Source: Longimicrobiales bacterium
GTDB lineage: Bacteria > Gemmatimonadota > Gemmatimonadetes > Longimicrobiales > Gaopeijiaceae
Assembly: GCA_965249725.1 (NCBI GenBank)
Contig: CBDFMQ010000002.1
Coordinates: 1,472,001 to 1,536,000, forward strand
Direction of reading: 5' to 3'
DNA: 64,000 bases
The notes under the pieces were generated by a model, which had not been told where the DNA came from, made no database searches, and worked only from the letters and a program-made list of their open reading frames with translations. A program made the position numbers and the translations under genes. This document shows positions 9,818-20,064 of this stretch, piece after piece (the stretch's first letter is position 1; every line of letters starts with the position of its first letter).

Positions 9818-11794
9818 CTATCGAAGCCCCCACTGCCGGCGTCCGACCCACTCCGCACACAGGAGGACCATGATCAGGACGTACGGGAACGGACTGGTCC
9901 TGAAGGGCCGGCCCGGGCGTCGACCCCGCGCGGCTGCAGCCTCACCGTCCTCGGCGAGCCCCGCGGTAAGCTGGGCTGGTTGCCGGAGCAACTCGAGGCT
10001 GTGTCGCTCGAACTCCACCCGGCCACTTCCGATGGAGTCACCCGTGAGGGCAGCGGCGGCCCTATATGTGTATTGCCCCGCAGGAAGCCGTCGAGTACGA
10101 ACCTCACCTGATCCGTCCACGATCACGGTCGTGTCCATGACCACCGAATCGCCGGCCGACAGGGTCAGGACGACGGAGTCACCAATCATGGCGGGCGCCC
10201 TCCATGGCAGTTCCTCCGAGATGCTCACCGCCCGGGAGGCGGGGCGGATCCCGGCACCCTCCTCGACGAGAGTGGAAGCCAGAAGCCATCCCACGACACC
10301 TGCCCACAACCGTCGGTACGCCTGTCGGTCGGGTCCCTCACGAAACGCCCAACGCCAGAAGCCCGAAGCCAGCATCACGGCCTGTCGCCGGCCCTGATCC
10401 TCCCGGAGCACCAGAGCCGCTTGGGCCGCCCCACTACCCTGGAGTTGGAGCTGCAACGGACCGCTCGCGGACTCCGGCCCCACCCTTGGAAGCACTTGCG
10501 TGAGTGGTGGCAATCCGGTCAGGTCGGCCCCGGCCAGGCTGGCTGCCAATGGAGACGGGAGAAGGTCCGGTACAGAATACCACTCCCCCAGCAGGGCGGG
10601 GCCGGCTCGCACGCCGGCCGCCGCTGCCCCTCCCGGACCGGCCGGGAACAGCAAGGTACGGGGGCTTTCCGCGATGGCTTCCAGCACCCACGCCGGCGGA
10701 TCGCGGCCTACGCCGTGGAAGACCAGAAAGTCCGCCCCCTCAGCCGCACGGCGCACGTCAGCCTCGTCCGCCGATCCTCCCGCCTCGGCCCCGGAGCCCA
10801 GCCTCAAATACCGCGCGTCACCCATAGCCAGATACCCTCGCGTATCGAGGCCCGTCACCTGTGAGAGCACCGGCAGCAGGAAACGGGGCTCCCAGTCGGG
10901 CGAGAGTGACACGAGGACCAGCCCCCCCTCCTCCGGATCGACCTCGACGTATGCCGCCTTGGTATCGTCCCCCGAGAACTCGTCTCCGGGCAGCTCGGCC
11001 GAGAGGCGATATCGGACCCACCCCGAGGCACGGGGGGCAGGCAGGTCGATGGAGGCCGTGGCGAGACGTCCGAAGCCGGCGGGTACGACGTCGCTCGACG
11101 CAACGAGTCGGTCTTCTTCGAAGATCTGCAGCCGGATACTGTCGCCGTCTACCGTCTCCTCAGTGAAGACCGCCACTTCCACAACCAAGTCGTCCCCGGA
11201 CTCGGCCCTACCGGGCAGCTCGAACCGAGATACACCCACGTTCCGGATCCCGGCTCCCTCACCTTCACTCTGGATATCGAGGAGGAGGCGCTCGGCCGTC
11301 AGGTTGGCTTCGACCGGATCATCCAACCGCAGATCCGAGAGCACGGTCACGACTACGGCGCCCGACTCCGCCACGCGGGCCAACGCGGGTGCAAGGCGGG
11401 ACGTGCCCTCGGTCGGGATCAGAGCGTCGAGAGAGTCGGCTGGCACCACCCTCGGAGTTCCCCCGAACACCAGGACGCGTGCACCGTCGGCCGCCAGCTC
11501 CCCGGCCCGTGCCAGCGCCGCGGTCCAGGCTGCTTCTCCTCCCTCCCCATTCGCTTCCATGCTCGCCGACCCGTCGAGAAGCACCCAGTGGTCCTCTCCC
11601 CCGAACGCCCCGGCCCGGCTACCGGGCAGACGGGGATCCCACAGGAGCAACAGCACCAAGACGAGAATCACACCACGGGCGATGCCCAGGACCCTTCGGC
11701 CTGGAATGGGGAGTTCGCGCCGATAGTAGATCCATGCGGAGAATGCAGCGGCAGAAACGGCCAGGGCTCCGAAGATGAGCCAGGAAAGGATCAC
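9818..11794 (-). CDS. Membrane protein with vWA-like domain
   Basis: Two N-terminal TM helices, MIDAS-like LLDGSASM, FWRWAF, C-terminal TM with EWVGRR. GTG 11794 overlaps the upstream stop (GTGA). Confidence 0.7.
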   Translation of the reverse strand: MILSWLIFGALAVSAAAFSAWIYYRRELPIPGRRVLGIARGVILVLVLLLLWDPRLPGSRAGAFGGEDHWVLLDGSASMEANGEGGEAAWTAALARAGELAADGARVLVFGGTPRVVPADSLDALIPTEGTSRLAPALARVAESGAVVVTVLSDLRLDDPVEANLTAERLLLDIQSEGEGAGIRNVGVSRFELPGRAESGDDLVVEVAVFTEETVDGDSIRLQIFEEDRLVASSDVVPAGFGRLATASIDLPAPRASGWVRYRLSAELPGDEFSGDDTKAAYVEVDPEEGGLVLVSLSPDWEPRFLLPVLSQVTGLDTRGYLAMGDARYLRLGSGAEAGGSADEADVRRAAEGADFLVFHGVGRDPPAWVLEAIAESPRTLLFPAGPGGAAAAGVRAGPALLGEWYSVPDLLPSPLAASLAGADLTGLPPLTQVLPRVGPESASGPLQLQLQGSGAAQAALVLREDQGRRQAVMLASGFWRWAFREGPDRQAYRRLWAGVVGWLLASTLVEEGAGIRPASRAVSISEELPWRAPAMIGDSVVLTLSAGDSVVMDTTVIVDGSGEVRTRRLPAGQYTYRAAAALTGDSIGSGRVEFERHSLELLRQPAQLTAGLAEDGEAAAARGRRPGRPFRTSPFPYVLIMVLLCAEWVGRRQWGLR

Positions 11795-13104
11795 CGCGCT
11801 CCCGCATCCGACTCGACACCATCGCCGACCTTTACGGCGAGATCGACGTCCCACGGCAGCGGCAGCCGATCGAGCAGAGCCAGACGCTCGCCACTCCGGG
11901 CGGTCCAGAGGTCCCACTGGTCTGTCGGCACCGGGTCACCCGCCGGAAGATCGACGGACAGCGGATCCTTGGGGTTGCCGTGACTTCGCATCTCGTAGTG
12001 CAGATGAGGGCCATTGGCCAGGCCGGTCATGCCGACGTACCCGATGACATCCTCCTGCGCTACCCGGGTCCCCACCCTGAATCCCGCGGCGAAACGACTC
12101 ATGTGCGCGTACCGGGTCGTCCACCCGTTGGAGTGCTCGACGTAGATCACGTTTCCGTACGTGGCGTCGTTCCCCCGGCGCGTGACCACACCGTTACCGG
12201 TCGCCCGTATCGGCGTACCCGTGTTCGCGGCGAAGTCGACCCCGCGGTGGGCACGCCACTTCTTGAGGATGGGATGCAGCCGGCCACTGGAGAATCCACT
12301 CGAAATGCGATAACGCAGAGCGATGGGGCTCTTGAGGAAGGCCCGCCGAACCGAGTTGCCGTCCGGATCGTAGTAGGTGCCGGTTCCGTCGCCGTTCGGG
12401 TCGAACCAGAGAGCCTGGAGGCTCCGGCCGTGATTCACCAGCTCGGCAGACAGCACGTGTCCGGCACGCATGGTAGCGTCGGGGCGCACCTCACGTTCGA
12501 AGGCGAAGCGGTAGAAGTCCCCGGTTCGAATCTGGCGAAGAAAATCGACCTGCCACTGAAAGACCTTTTCCAGCTCGAGAATGAGCTCGGCACGGTCGTT
12601 CCGTACGACGCCGTCTAGGTCGTCGTTGCCGTAGACCGATTCCCAGAGGGATGACCGGATTTCTCCCGCCACCCAGACCGTGTCGGTGAGAACGGGGGTC
12701 TCCATGAGTTCGGAGTCCCATCCCAGGGACGTGGGGGCCAGACGCACGGTCTGATCTGCATTGATCTTGATGTCGACGGCACGGAGCGCGGGGGAGTCAC
12801 CCAGGAGCCAACGGAAGGCCACCTCCGTGCCCGGGCGCATGCGGCGCGGGCTGGCCTGCTCCTGGAGGGCGAGGATCAGCCCGGATTGGGCGTTGGCATC
12901 GAGCACACCCAGTAGGAGATCACCGAGGGTCTGGTCCTGTTCAAGGGACAGCACGTCCACACGCTCGGCAGGGGCTGCGTAGATGGGCTCCACCAGGGCC
13001 ACCGTCGGCACCTCTGCCCCTCTTCCGAGCAGGACGAAGCCAGCCCCGAGGGCCAGAAGCCCCACCAGGCTAGTGACTTGCCGTACAATTGAGCCCGAAC
13101 GCAC
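11791..13104 (-). CDS. M23 family peptidoglycan endopeptidase (MepM-like)
   Basis: RAHRGVDFAA, YGNVI.VEH, TRYAHMS, GPHLHYE. Confidence 0.92.
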   Translation of the reverse strand: MRSGSIVRQVTSLVGLLALGAGFVLLGRGAEVPTVALVEPIYAAPAERVDVLSLEQDQTLGDLLLGVLDANAQSGLILALQEQASPRRMRPGTEVAFRWLLGDSPALRAVDIKINADQTVRLAPTSLGWDSELMETPVLTDTVWVAGEIRSSLWESVYGNDDLDGVVRNDRAELILELEKVFQWQVDFLRQIRTGDFYRFAFEREVRPDATMRAGHVLSAELVNHGRSLQALWFDPNGDGTGTYYDPDGNSVRRAFLKSPIALRYRISSGFSSGRLHPILKKWRAHRGVDFAANTGTPIRATGNGVVTRRGNDATYGNVIYVEHSNGWTTRYAHMSRFAAGFRVGTRVAQEDVIGYVGMTGLANGPHLHYEMRSHGNPKDPLSVDLPAGDPVPTDQWDLWTARSGERLALLDRLPLPWDVDLAVKVGDGVESDAGAR

Positions 13105-13144
13105 CTCATCCCCTCGCTATTTGTTACGGCCCGAAAGCCGCTGC

Positions 13145-14302
13145 TCAGTCCATCTGCCGGCGGATGAAGGTCGGAATGTCCAACTCACCGATCTGCTCCC
13201 GCGTCACGACCCGCTCGGGAAGCCGCGGAAGCGGTACAACACCAACCGGGCTGCCACCGACGGCCGCCTGAAGCGGCTGCTCGACTACCTGCCGTTGGGG
13301 CTGCGGCTGTCCCATCGTCTGTCTTCCGAAGTCCGGACGGATCACATCGTCGAAGCCCGTGGCAATGACCGTGACCCGGATTTTCCTCTCCAACAGCGGA
13401 TCGTGCACCGCGCCGAAGATGATCTCCGCCTCGTCACCGGCCTCTTCTTGAATAATAGTCGATATCTGGTGGACCTCGTCAATGGCAAGATCCATGCCAC
13501 CGGTGATGTTGATCAACACACCCTGAGCCCCGTTGATCGACACATTGTCCAGCAATGGTGAAGAGACGGCTTCCTGGGCCGCTTCCTGAGCGCGGTTGTC
13601 TCCTTCGCCGAACCCGGAGCCCATCAGGGCCGGGCCGCGGCACGCCATGATGGTGCGCACATCGGCGAAATCGACGTTGACCTCTCCGGACACGCGGATC
13701 AGGTCGCTGATGCCCTGAGTAGCGTGCAGGAGCACCTCGTCGGCCTTCTTGAGGGCGTCTCGGAACGACGTGTCCTTCGCTACCACCGACATGAGGCGAT
13801 CGTTCGGGACGCAGATCATCGTATCGACGGTCCGGCGCAGCTCGGCGAGGCCCTGATCCGCCTGACGCTCGCGCTTCTTCCCCTCGAAGGAGAACGGCTT
13901 GGTGACGATCCCGATGGTGAGCGCCCCCATCTCCCGTGCAATCTCACCGATGATGGGTGCGGCACCCGTTCCGGTTCCCCCGCCCATGCCGGCGGTGATG
14001 AAGACCAGATCTGCTCCCTCTAGGACCTTACGGACCTCGTCGGCACTCTCGGCGACGGCTTGTCGGCCGATCTCCGGGCGGGCGCCTGCCCCGAGGCCGC
14101 GCGTCAGCTTCTTGCCCAACTGCATGGTCACCTGGGCACGGGAGCCCTTCAGGGCCTGCGCGTCGGTGTTGGCCGTGATGAACTCGACGCCTTCCAGGTC
14201 CTCGTCGACCATCCGGTTCACGGCGTTACCCCCAGCTCCCCCGACCCCGACCACCTTCATTCGGGCATTCTGGATTGGGGTGTCCTCGAATTCAAAAATC
14301 AT
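13145..14302 (-). CDS. ftsZ: Cell division protein FtsZ
   Basis: VVGVGGAGGNAVNRM, GMGGGTGTGAAP, VNVDFADV, C-terminal LDIPTFIRRQMD. Confidence 0.98.
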   Translation of the reverse strand: MIFEFEDTPIQNARMKVVGVGGAGGNAVNRMVDEDLEGVEFITANTDAQALKGSRAQVTMQLGKKLTRGLGAGARPEIGRQAVAESADEVRKVLEGADLVFITAGMGGGTGTGAAPIIGEIAREMGALTIGIVTKPFSFEGKKRERQADQGLAELRRTVDTMICVPNDRLMSVVAKDTSFRDALKKADEVLLHATQGISDLIRVSGEVNVDFADVRTIMACRGPALMGSGFGEGDNRAQEAAQEAVSSPLLDNVSINGAQGVLINITGGMDLAIDEVHQISTIIQEEAGDEAEIIFGAVHDPLLERKIRVTVIATGFDDVIRPDFGRQTMGQPQPQRQVVEQPLQAAVGGSPVGVVPLPRLPERVVTREQIGELDIPTFIRRQMD

Positions 14303-14348
14303 CATCAGTTGACTCCCGTACGGGGGTTGATTGTACTCGTTCAAATCC

Positions 14349-15578
14349 CTAGAAGAACTCTCTGAGCCACGACCCGACCTTCGAAACCAGGCCGGACGTA
14401 AGCGTTGACGCACCCTCTCCCGTCTGCTCGAAGCGATCGGCTCCGTACAGAACGAGACCCGCCGCTGTGGCGAGCTTCGGGCGACCTACCGAATCGGCCA
14501 GGCCTCCCAGGCCCTCTCCGGGGGCACCACACCGGACCGGAGCGGCGAACACCTGTCGCGCCAACTCCGCGGTCCCGTAGAGCGCCGAGGCATCGCCTGT
14601 CAGCACGATGCCGGCTCCCAGCTTGTTCAGCAGTCCGTGCTGCTCCAGCTCGCTCTGGATCATCCCGAACATCTCGTCGAGCCGCTGCTCGACCACATGC
14701 GCGATAAGCTCCCGGGCCACGTGCCTCTTCTGTCCCGGGCTCGGTCCAGGCAGCTCGACGGTCTCCTGCGGATCCACCATCTGCGCGAAGGCCACGGCGA
14801 AGTGTTCCTTGGCCTTCTTGGCCTCCGCGAAGGGGATCGACAGGCCCCTCACCAGGTCGTTCGTCACCGTGCTCCCGCCCATGGGCAGGACGGCCACGTG
14901 ATGGATCTCGCCATTGTAGTAGGCCGCCAGGTCCGTGGTGCAGGCACCCATGTCGACCATGGCGACTCCGACTTCCTTTTCGTCTTCGGTCAGTACCGCC
15001 CGTGCCGCGGCCAGCGGCTCCAGCACCAACTCCTGCACGCGATACCCGGCCCTCTGCACGGACTTCCTGATGTTCTCGGCGGCAGAAGCGGACCCGGTCA
15101 CCAGGTAGACCTCAGCCTCCAAGCGAGTGCCCACCATGCCGATCGGGTCCTTGATACCACGCTGGTGATCGACGATGTAGTCCTGCGGGATGGCGTGAAG
15201 CAGTTCCCGATCGGGTGGATGTGCGACGGCCCGGGCCACTTCGTGGACCCGCTGCAGATCGAAGCGGGAGACCTCGTCTTCGGTCACGGCGACGACTCCC
15301 GGAGAGGTCATGGCTCTGATGTGCTCCCCGCTGATGCCGACGTAGACCCGATCGACATTCACGCCGGCCATGAGCTCGGCCTCTTCGAGAGCCGCTTTGA
15401 CGGACTCCGTGGTCTCTTCGGTGTGGGTGACGACCTGGCGCATGCCCGTGCTCTTGGCCTGCCCCACACCGAGAATCTTCAGCTCCCGCCGCATGAACGG
15501 GTCCTCATGGACCTCTGCGATGACCGCGCAGGTCTTCGTCGTCCCGAGGTCGACACCGGCGATGAGGATCGAATGCAT
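14349..15578 (-). CDS. ftsA: Cell division protein FtsA
   Basis: DLGTTKTCAVI, VLEPLAAARAVL..DEKEVGV, position between ftsQ and ftsZ. Confidence 0.96.
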   Translation of the reverse strand: MHSILIAGVDLGTTKTCAVIAEVHEDPFMRRELKILGVGQAKSTGMRQVVTHTEETTESVKAALEEAELMAGVNVDRVYVGISGEHIRAMTSPGVVAVTEDEVSRFDLQRVHEVARAVAHPPDRELLHAIPQDYIVDHQRGIKDPIGMVGTRLEAEVYLVTGSASAAENIRKSVQRAGYRVQELVLEPLAAARAVLTEDEKEVGVAMVDMGACTTDLAAYYNGEIHHVAVLPMGGSTVTNDLVRGLSIPFAEAKKAKEHFAVAFAQMVDPQETVELPGPSPGQKRHVARELIAHVVEQRLDEMFGMIQSELEQHGLLNKLGAGIVLTGDASALYGTAELARQVFAAPVRCGAPGEGLGGLADSVGRPKLATAAGLVLYGADRFEQTGEGASTLTSGLVSKVGSWLREFF

Positions 15579-15581
15579 CTA

Positions 15582-16310
15582 CTACTCGCTCCGTCGTTGA
15601 TAAGAGACCACCACCTGGTCCGCATAGCGGAGATCCACGATTGCGGCCCGCTGGTCCGGTCGACGCCGCTCGGCGTCTTGGAGAACCGTGAGTCCGTCCC
15701 GCAGCCGGCGATGGGACAGCGGCGGACGGAATCGGACTCGCACGTCCCCCTCCACCACGACCGTCGCGTCACCCTTGTCGTCCAGCGCGAGCTCGGAGAC
15801 GGCGGCCATGAAGGACGGGTCGTCGGCCGTGAGGCGCTCCACCTCCATGGCCAGGATCCGCAGCTGCGGAGTCGTGAGCCCTTCCAGCCCGTGATCAGCC
15901 CGCAGGAGGGGCAGGTCGAGCCGATGTTCACTCGGGTCCAACGGCAGCACCTGGCCGTCCCTGTCCACAGGGTCCAGGAGCGTGTTGAGAACCAGGGCGA
16001 CGGGCACCCTCTCCTCGACCGTGACGATCAACGTCGCGGGGAGATCTCCGGTGATCTTGGCGCGGCGGATGAGCGGGTGCTCTTCGAGGCGACGCTCCCA
16101 TGCATCCGCGGCATCGAAGACACTGGCGTAGAGCGGCACGGAGGCCGTCTCGATGATCTCCTCCACATCGACGATGCGGGCTCCGACCACGCTGAAGTCG
16201 GTCACTCGGAAGTACTCGAGCTCTGCGAGTGCATCGGGAAGCCACGCGGCGGCGAGGGCCACCCCGCCGGCCACCGCGAGCCAGAGTCCGATACGGAGCA
16301 CCTTACGCAT
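15582..16310 (-). CDS. ftsQ: Cell division protein FtsQ/DivIB
   Basis: N-terminal TM, POTRA-like region, VEERVPVA, C-terminal VDLRYADQVVV. Confidence 0.9.
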   Translation of the reverse strand: MRKVLRIGLWLAVAGGVALAAAWLPDALAELEYFRVTDFSVVGARIVDVEEIIETASVPLYASVFDAADAWERRLEEHPLIRRAKITGDLPATLIVTVEERVPVALVLNTLLDPVDRDGQVLPLDPSEHRLDLPLLRADHGLEGLTTPQLRILAMEVERLTADDPSFMAAVSELALDDKGDATVVVEGDVRVRFRPPLSHRRLRDGLTVLQDAERRRPDQRAAIVDLRYADQVVVSYQRRSE

Positions 16311-17733
16311 GATCCGCCTCCCCGAGGAGCTCGAAGACGCGGGGAGCGATGACCTCGACGGATCCCGCTCCCATGGTCAACAGCAGGTCCCCCGGCACCA
16401 GGCTCTCAGCCACGGCTTCCGCGAGCGTGTCCAGGTCCGCGTGATAGCGCACGACGCCACCCGACTGCTCGACCGCGTCCGATACGAGGACGCCGGTAAC
16501 CCCGGCGATCGGCGCCTCTCGGGCTGGGAAGACGTCTGTAACCCAGACGGCGTCCGCACCTGCCAGAGCGCGACCGAAGTCCTCTGCGAAGTCCCTCGTT
16601 CGGCTGAATAGGTGCGGCTGAAAGACGGCCACCACCCGGCGGTCGGGATGAGCTTCGCGGGCGGCCTCGAGCGTGGCCGAGATCTCTGAGGGGTGGTGTG
16701 CGTAGTCGTCCACCACCAGAACGTCGTTCTCGAGCCCAACCGTCTCGAAGCGACGATCCACGCCTCGGTACGCGGCCATCCCCCTTCGCACGTCTTCCCA
16801 TTCCACCCCGAAGCAGCGAGCGGCGCCTGATGCGCCCAGAGCGTTCCTCAGATTGTGCACGCCAGGGGCCGGAAGCCTGAAGGTCCCCCGATCGTGACCG
16901 TCTTCGATGATCCGAAAATCCATGCCGTCGGGACCGGCCTGGATGTCCACGGCCCGAAGCTGAGACCCAGCGGAGGTGCCGTAGGTGTACCCGAACCCGT
17001 TGAGGCCGGCCAGGAGTCGACTCGCGCCATGATCGTCTGCGCAGATCATGACCCGCCCGTTGTCCGGGAGGCCTTCGAGGAACTCATAGAACGCTCCCAT
17101 GACACCGTCGAACCCACCGTACGTGTCGAGATGGTCCGCCTCGACGTTGGTCACCACGGCCACCATAGGTTCGAGCTCGAGGAAGGACCGATCGTACTCG
17201 TCCGCCTCGACCACATAGAGGTCACCGCCCGAGCGCAGGTTGCCGTCCCACCCGGGAACCCGCCCGCCGACGAAGCCCGTGGGGTCGAGTCCAGCCTCCG
17301 TGAGGATCTCGGTGGCCATCGCCGTGGTCGAGGTCTTGCCGTGCGTCCCGGCGATGGCGAGGACCCGGCCTTCATTCACCCAGCGGCCCAGCGCCTCGGC
17401 TCTCTTCAGCACGGGGATACCGCGGGCGTACGCCTCCAGGATCTCGGGATGATCCGGGGACACCGCGGCGCTGATCACCAGCGCGCCCGCGCCCTCCAGG
17501 TGCTCTGGAGCGTGACCTTCGTAAATGGTCACGCCCATGGCCTGCAGCCGATCCGTGCTCGATCCGCGCCGGAGATCGCAACCGGAAACGTGGCCTCCGC
17601 TCCGAGCGAACAGTTCCGCCAACGCACACATGCCGGCGCCACCCACGCCCATGAAGTGCACGTGTTCCTCGCGGGCGAGCCGTCGCAGCTCGGCTCCACT
17701 CACGGAAGCATTGGCACGGTCGAGGGTCATCAT
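16303..17733 (-). CDS. murC: UDP-N-acetylmuramate--L-alanine ligase
   Basis: HFMGVGGAGMCALA, AGTHGKTSTT, VEADEYDRSF, DDYAHHPSE, FQPHLFSRT; start overlaps murG stop. Confidence 0.96.
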   Translation of the reverse strand: MMTLDRANASVSGAELRRLAREEHVHFMGVGGAGMCALAELFARSGGHVSGCDLRRGSSTDRLQAMGVTIYEGHAPEHLEGAGALVISAAVSPDHPEILEAYARGIPVLKRAEALGRWVNEGRVLAIAGTHGKTSTTAMATEILTEAGLDPTGFVGGRVPGWDGNLRSGGDLYVVEADEYDRSFLELEPMVAVVTNVEADHLDTYGGFDGVMGAFYEFLEGLPDNGRVMICADDHGASRLLAGLNGFGYTYGTSAGSQLRAVDIQAGPDGMDFRIIEDGHDRGTFRLPAPGVHNLRNALGASGAARCFGVEWEDVRRGMAAYRGVDRRFETVGLENDVLVVDDYAHHPSEISATLEAAREAHPDRRVVAVFQPHLFSRTRDFAEDFGRALAGADAVWVTDVFPAREAPIAGVTGVLVSDAVEQSGGVVRYHADLDTLAEAVAESLVPGDLLLTMGAGSVEVIAPRVFELLGEADHA

Positions 17734-18887
17734 GCCGTGGCCTCTCGCCGGGGACCGGGGAGGAGACGGAGCATTTCGGTGACCATGTCCGCCGTCGCCC
17801 CCGGGTAGCTCCGCGCCAGGGCCGCCTGGCTCATGCGTTCGAGCCGACCTTGGTCGCCGGCCACCTCCACCACCGCCTGCCACAACCCTGCGGATGTGAG
17901 ATCCGCCTGCCTCAAGTGGACCGCCGCGCCCGATTCGTTCAGCGCCCGAGCGTTGAACTCCTGATGATTGGCAGCCGCGGTCGGAAGCGGCACCAGAATG
18001 GCCGGCACACCCCAGGCCAGTAGCTCGGCCGTGGTCATGGCCCCCGCTCGGCTCACGGCCAGATCGGTGATGCTCAGTACGGACGGAATGTCCTCGATAT
18101 AGGGAACGGCCCGCACCCTCGGCGGAGTGCCCATCTCGGAGAGAGCGCCCTCGACAGCCGCATGGTGGCCGGGGCCGGTCGCCCAAAGGACCTGCCAACC
18201 GTCGAGAGTGAGGCCCCCCTCGGTGGCCATCGTTCGGTATGCATCCTCGACCAGCGCATTGATGGCCGCGGAGCCCTGGCTGCCTCCCACCACGAGCAGA
18301 ACCCTGAGCTCGGGATCGAGACCGAAGCGCTCGCACACGGCCTGCCGCTCGGGCCGTTGATCGGGGAGCGGTCGGATCGGACACCCCGACACGTACACGG
18401 AGTCCCTTGTGCCAGCCGGCAGGTGTGCCTCGGCCTCGGGGAACGCCAGATGTACCTGGGCGGCCCACCGTGAGAGAAGGCGCGTGGTCGCACCCGGCCA
18501 GGCGTTCTGCTCCTGGAGAACCAGGGGGATGCCCGACATCGCCGCCGCGAATCCCGCGGGCGCACCGGCGTATCCACCGGTCACCACGACAAGCTCCGGG
18601 TCGAGTCGGCGAAGGACCTTGAGTGTGATAGCGACGGACTGAACCAGTGCCCACGGGACGCCCAGGTTGGACCAAGTCCGACCCCGGTCGAGGCCACGGA
18701 CCGGGAGGAGACGGTGCTCCAGCTGCCGCTCCGGGAGCACGCGGGCTTCGAGGCCCCTTCGCGCACCGAGGAAATACGGATGAGTGCCAGGCCGCTGCCG
18801 TACGAATTCGTCGGCCAGAGCCAGGGCCGGATAGAGGTGTCCACCGGTACCACCACCCGCGAAGACCGCGACGGAACGCTCATGCAC
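17730..18887 (-). CDS. murG: Lipid II GlcNAc transferase MurG
   Basis: GGGTGGHLYPALA, QEQNAWPG, GGSQGS, SRAGAMT, HQEFNA. Confidence 0.96.
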   Translation of the reverse strand: MHERSVAVFAGGGTGGHLYPALALADEFVRQRPGTHPYFLGARRGLEARVLPERQLEHRLLPVRGLDRGRTWSNLGVPWALVQSVAITLKVLRRLDPELVVVTGGYAGAPAGFAAAMSGIPLVLQEQNAWPGATTRLLSRWAAQVHLAFPEAEAHLPAGTRDSVYVSGCPIRPLPDQRPERQAVCERFGLDPELRVLLVVGGSQGSAAINALVEDAYRTMATEGGLTLDGWQVLWATGPGHHAAVEGALSEMGTPPRVRAVPYIEDIPSVLSITDLAVSRAGAMTTAELLAWGVPAILVPLPTAAANHQEFNARALNESGAAVHLRQADLTSAGLWQAVVEVAGDQGRLERMSQAALARSYPGATADMVTEMLRLLPGPRREATA

Positions 18888-20064
18888 GGGCGCTCCTTCC
18901 GGCTGGAATGGGCCGTTCACACGCTCGAGAGATACTCATGAGGATCCCAAGAGCCGCCAGGGTGACCAAGAGGTTCGATCGACCGTAGGAGACCAAAGGA
19001 AGAGCCAAGCCGGTGGGTGGCACCAGGCTGAGTCCGACCGACATGTGCAGGATCGCCTGTAGGGCGATCATGCTGGTGATGCCCGTGGCGAGAAGCTGCC
19101 CGAATAGGTCGGGGGCCCGCGCCGCGATACGGTAGCCCAGCAGCACCAGGAGCATGTACAGCACCACCGTCACGATCACGCCGACGAGGCCCCACTCCTC
19201 GCCGATCATGGCAAAGATGAAGTCGTTGTGGGCCTCCGGCAGGAAGCCGAGCTTCTGCCGCCCCTGTCCGAATCCCACGCCGGCGATGCCCCCGGAACCC
19301 AGAGCCAGGAGCGACTGATGCACCTGGAAGCCGGCGCCGGCGGGATCGGCCGAAGGATCGAGGAAGGCCATGATCCGCTCGGCTCGAAAGGACACGGTGA
19401 GCTGGCGCCAAAGCACGGGCAGAGCGAAGAGCCCGAGGAACGCGAAGTGGGCCACCCGTGCTCCGGCGGCGTACACCACCACACACCCCAGAAGCCCAAT
19501 CAGGAAGGCCGTCGAGAGGTCGGGTTCCAGGGCGATGGGCAGCATGATGGCCGCCCACACCACCAGGAAGGGCACCAGACCTCGCTTCAGGCTCTGGAAA
19601 TGCTCCTGTTTACGCACGGCCAACGAAGCCGTCCACACGAGGACCGCCACCTTCGCGAGTTCGGAGGGCTGGAGTGTCACGCCGACACGCAGCCACCGAC
19701 GAGCGCCGTTGATCTCGGGAGCGATGGCCTCGGTCCCGGGAATCACGATGACGACGAGCAGCAACCAGGCCAGGACAATCATCGGCCACGCCAGGCGCTG
19801 CCAGAAGTCGTGCGGAAGCCAGGCACAGAGGCCCAATACGCTCAGGCCGACGGCGGCTCCGGTCGCCTGCCGCAGCACGTAGTAGTAGTCCGGCAGCATC
19901 TGACGCTGAGCGAGGAACGCACTGGCCGAGTAGAGCGTTACCAGCCCCAGCGACAGAAGAACCACGGTGAGGGTCATGATGGCGCCGGCCTCCCACCCTC
20001 TTCCCAAGCCGGTGATCGGCAGGGCGAGGGGGCCGGACGGAGCGACGTCTACGGGGCGAGCCAT
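18880..20064 (-). CDS. ftsW: Peptidoglycan polymerase FtsW
   Basis: Multi-TM SEDS protein: NGARRWL, QPSELAK, LPEAHNDFIF, LVSYGRS. Confidence 0.96.
   Translation of the reverse strand: MARPVDVAPSGPLALPITGLGRGWEAGAIMTLTVVLLSLGLVTLYSASAFLAQRQMLPDYYYVLRQATGAAVGLSVLGLCAWLPHDFWQRLAWPMIVLAWLLLVVIVIPGTEAIAPEINGARRWLRVGVTLQPSELAKVAVLVWTASLAVRKQEHFQSLKRGLVPFLVVWAAIMLPIALEPDLSTAFLIGLLGCVVVYAAGARVAHFAFLGLFALPVLWRQLTVSFRAERIMAFLDPSADPAGAGFQVHQSLLALGSGGIAGVGFGQGRQKLGFLPEAHNDFIFAMIGEEWGLVGVIVTVVLYMLLVLLGYRIAARAPDLFGQLLATGITSMIALQAILHMSVGLSLVPPTGLALPLVSYGRSNLLVTLAALGILMSISRACERPIPAGRSARA

Noticed and set aside
17734..18675. 790-aa MurC with a long N-terminal extension
   Set aside because: The extension is an alternate frame over murG; MurC motifs begin after ATG 17733.
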